From: the human T2T-CHM13v2.0 reference genome, Homo sapiens
DNA length: 64,000 nucleotides
Assembly: GCF_009914755.1 (NCBI RefSeq)
Contig: NC_060926.1
Strand: one strand, 5' to 3'
This document shows positions 61,915 to 64,000 of this stretch, piece after piece (the first letter of the stretch is position 1; each line of letters opens with the position of its first letter). The position numbers and the translations under genes were made by a program. The notes under the pieces were generated by a model. The model did no database searches. It worked only from the letters and a program-made list of their open reading frames with translations, and had not been told where the DNA came from.

Positions 61915-62960
61915 TAATTAAACAAAAACACACAATGTCAAATTTACCATCTTAACCATTTTAAAGTATACAGTTTAGTAGTGTTAAGTATATTCACATT
62001 CTTGTTAAACAGATCTCCAGAACTTTTTATCTTGCACAACTAAAACTCTATACCCATTAAACAACAACTTCCCACTCCCCCTTTCCCAGCTCTTGGCAGC
62101 CACCACTCTACTTTCTGTTTCTATGAATTTAACTACTTCAGATACCTCATATAAGTGGAATCATACAGTATTGATCTTTTTTTGTGACTGGCTTATTTCA
62201 CCTAACATGATATCCTCAAGGTTCAACCATGTTACAGCATGTGACATAATTTCCTTCCTTTTTTAGGCTGAATAATAATCCACTGTATGTATATGCCACA
62301 TTTTGTTTATCTATTCATCTGTTGTTGGATATCTAGATTGCTTCTATTTCCTAGCTATTGTGAATAGTGCTGCTGTGAACATGGATGTGCAAATATCTCT
62401 TTGAGACTCTAGTTATAGACGGATGTGGTTTTGCTCTGTGTTCCCACCAAATCTCATCTTGAATTGTAATCTCCACGTGTCAGGGGAGGGGCCTGGCGGG
62501 AGGTGACTGAATCATGGGGCAGACTTCCCCCTTGCTGTTCTTGTGATAGTGAGCTCTCACAAGATTTGGTTGTTTGAAAGTGTGTGGCACTTACCCCTTT
62601 GCTCTCTGTCTCTCTCTCCTGCTCCACCATGGTAAGATGTGCCTGCTTCCCCTTCAACTTCCACCATGATTGTAAGTGTCCTGAGGCCTCCCAGCCATGC
62701 TTCCTGTACAGCCTGTGGAACTGTGAGTCAATTAAACCTCTTTTGTTCATAAATTACCCAGTCTCAGGTAGTTCTTTATAGTGGTATGAAAAAGGACTAA
62801 CGCATATACCCAGAAGTGAAATTGCTGGGTCATATGGTAATTCTATTTTTAATTTTTTGGAGAACCACCACACTATTTTCCATGGCAGTAGCCCCATTTT
62901 GTAATGCCACCAACAGTGCACAAGGGCTCCAGTTTCTCCACATCCTCACTAACACTTGTT
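61915..62960 (-). mobile_element. L1MB3-like 3' end interrupted by MSTA
   Basis: aatttaccatcttaaccattttaaagt...ctctatacccattaaacaacaac...acctcatataagtggaatcatacagta. Confidence 0.85.
62421..62804 (+). mobile_element. MSTA solo LTR
   Basis: gatgtggttttgctctgtgttcccaccaaatctcatc...ggactaacgca; TSD tagac/tatac. Confidence 0.88.
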
Positions 62961-63182
62961 TAAAAAAAAAAAAACTAACAGATTTTTTTTTTAAATTACT
63001 TTTTCTTGATGTCAATTAAGAAAATATTTCTAAATTGTCCCATTTCATTAAGACTGTCTTTTAGTGCCCATTGTGTTTATTGAATACTTTATAGGGATCA
63101 AGTTGTCTCATAAAGGGCTCACCTTTCATAGAGGTTTATGGATGACTTATATTAGCAAAAAAAATTCTTGTGAATTAGATGA

Positions 63183-63561
<379 letters not shown>

Positions 63562-64000
63562 TAATCCTTTTCTATAATCCTGGAGAGATACGGAGGATTT
63601 CTCAATAATTAAGTGTTGAGAGGGCCCTTTTCTGTCCCCACCCCACAAGCAGAATCAGGTGGTTAATGTTTCAGGCACAGGTCAAATCCTCAATTTTTCC
63701 CTCTGAACAAAAAAGAAAGCCAAGGAAGAATTGGTGACTTGATTTTGTAACTGCTCATTACAGGGCCATCTATGCTTTTTAGCATGCAGCATCTTAATAA
63801 GCCAAGATACTATAGCAGAGGGTCCATAACTAATCTACTGTAATAAATAAAAGGAATGGGAGTGGTACTAGCATATTCTATGGATATAATGTGCAGTTTG
63901 CAAAGTGTGACATTTTAAATAAACTTTATTCTTGAGGTATTTAAAAAAACATAAAGGCAGTAATGAAATATAGTGCACAACATTAGTTGACACAGCAATT

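Overview
This is AT-rich, CpG-depleted primate (human-like) genomic DNA, probably intergenic or intronic. I find no intact protein-coding gene, rRNA, tRNA or CRISPR array. Every listed ORF I can assign is an Alu, L1 or LTR by-product or a pseudogene fragment. The left half (about 4.4-32.7 kb) is one nested retroelement stack built on a ~2.4 kb ancient minus-strand L1 (L1M4/L1MB-like). The 5' end of that L1 is fused directly to a full-length U6 snRNA copy, making it a probable ancient U6/L1 chimera. Inserted into it are a full-length MTA3 processed pseudogene (carrying a THE1C element and Alus), an MLT1A LTR split by a full-length L1PB1 (carrying an LTR12C solo LTR and Alus), a long L1MA (carrying THE1A/B, an L1PA fragment and Alus) and an MLT2 LTR. 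The right half holds old L2, MIR, MaLR, ERVL and DNA-transposon fragments, Alus and unique stretches with candidate regulatory motifs, notably a double RFX X-box. Several repeats carry short fold-back (inverted, templated) insertions. Subfamily names come from remembered consensus sequences, not from alignments. I see no convincing wholly new biological system.
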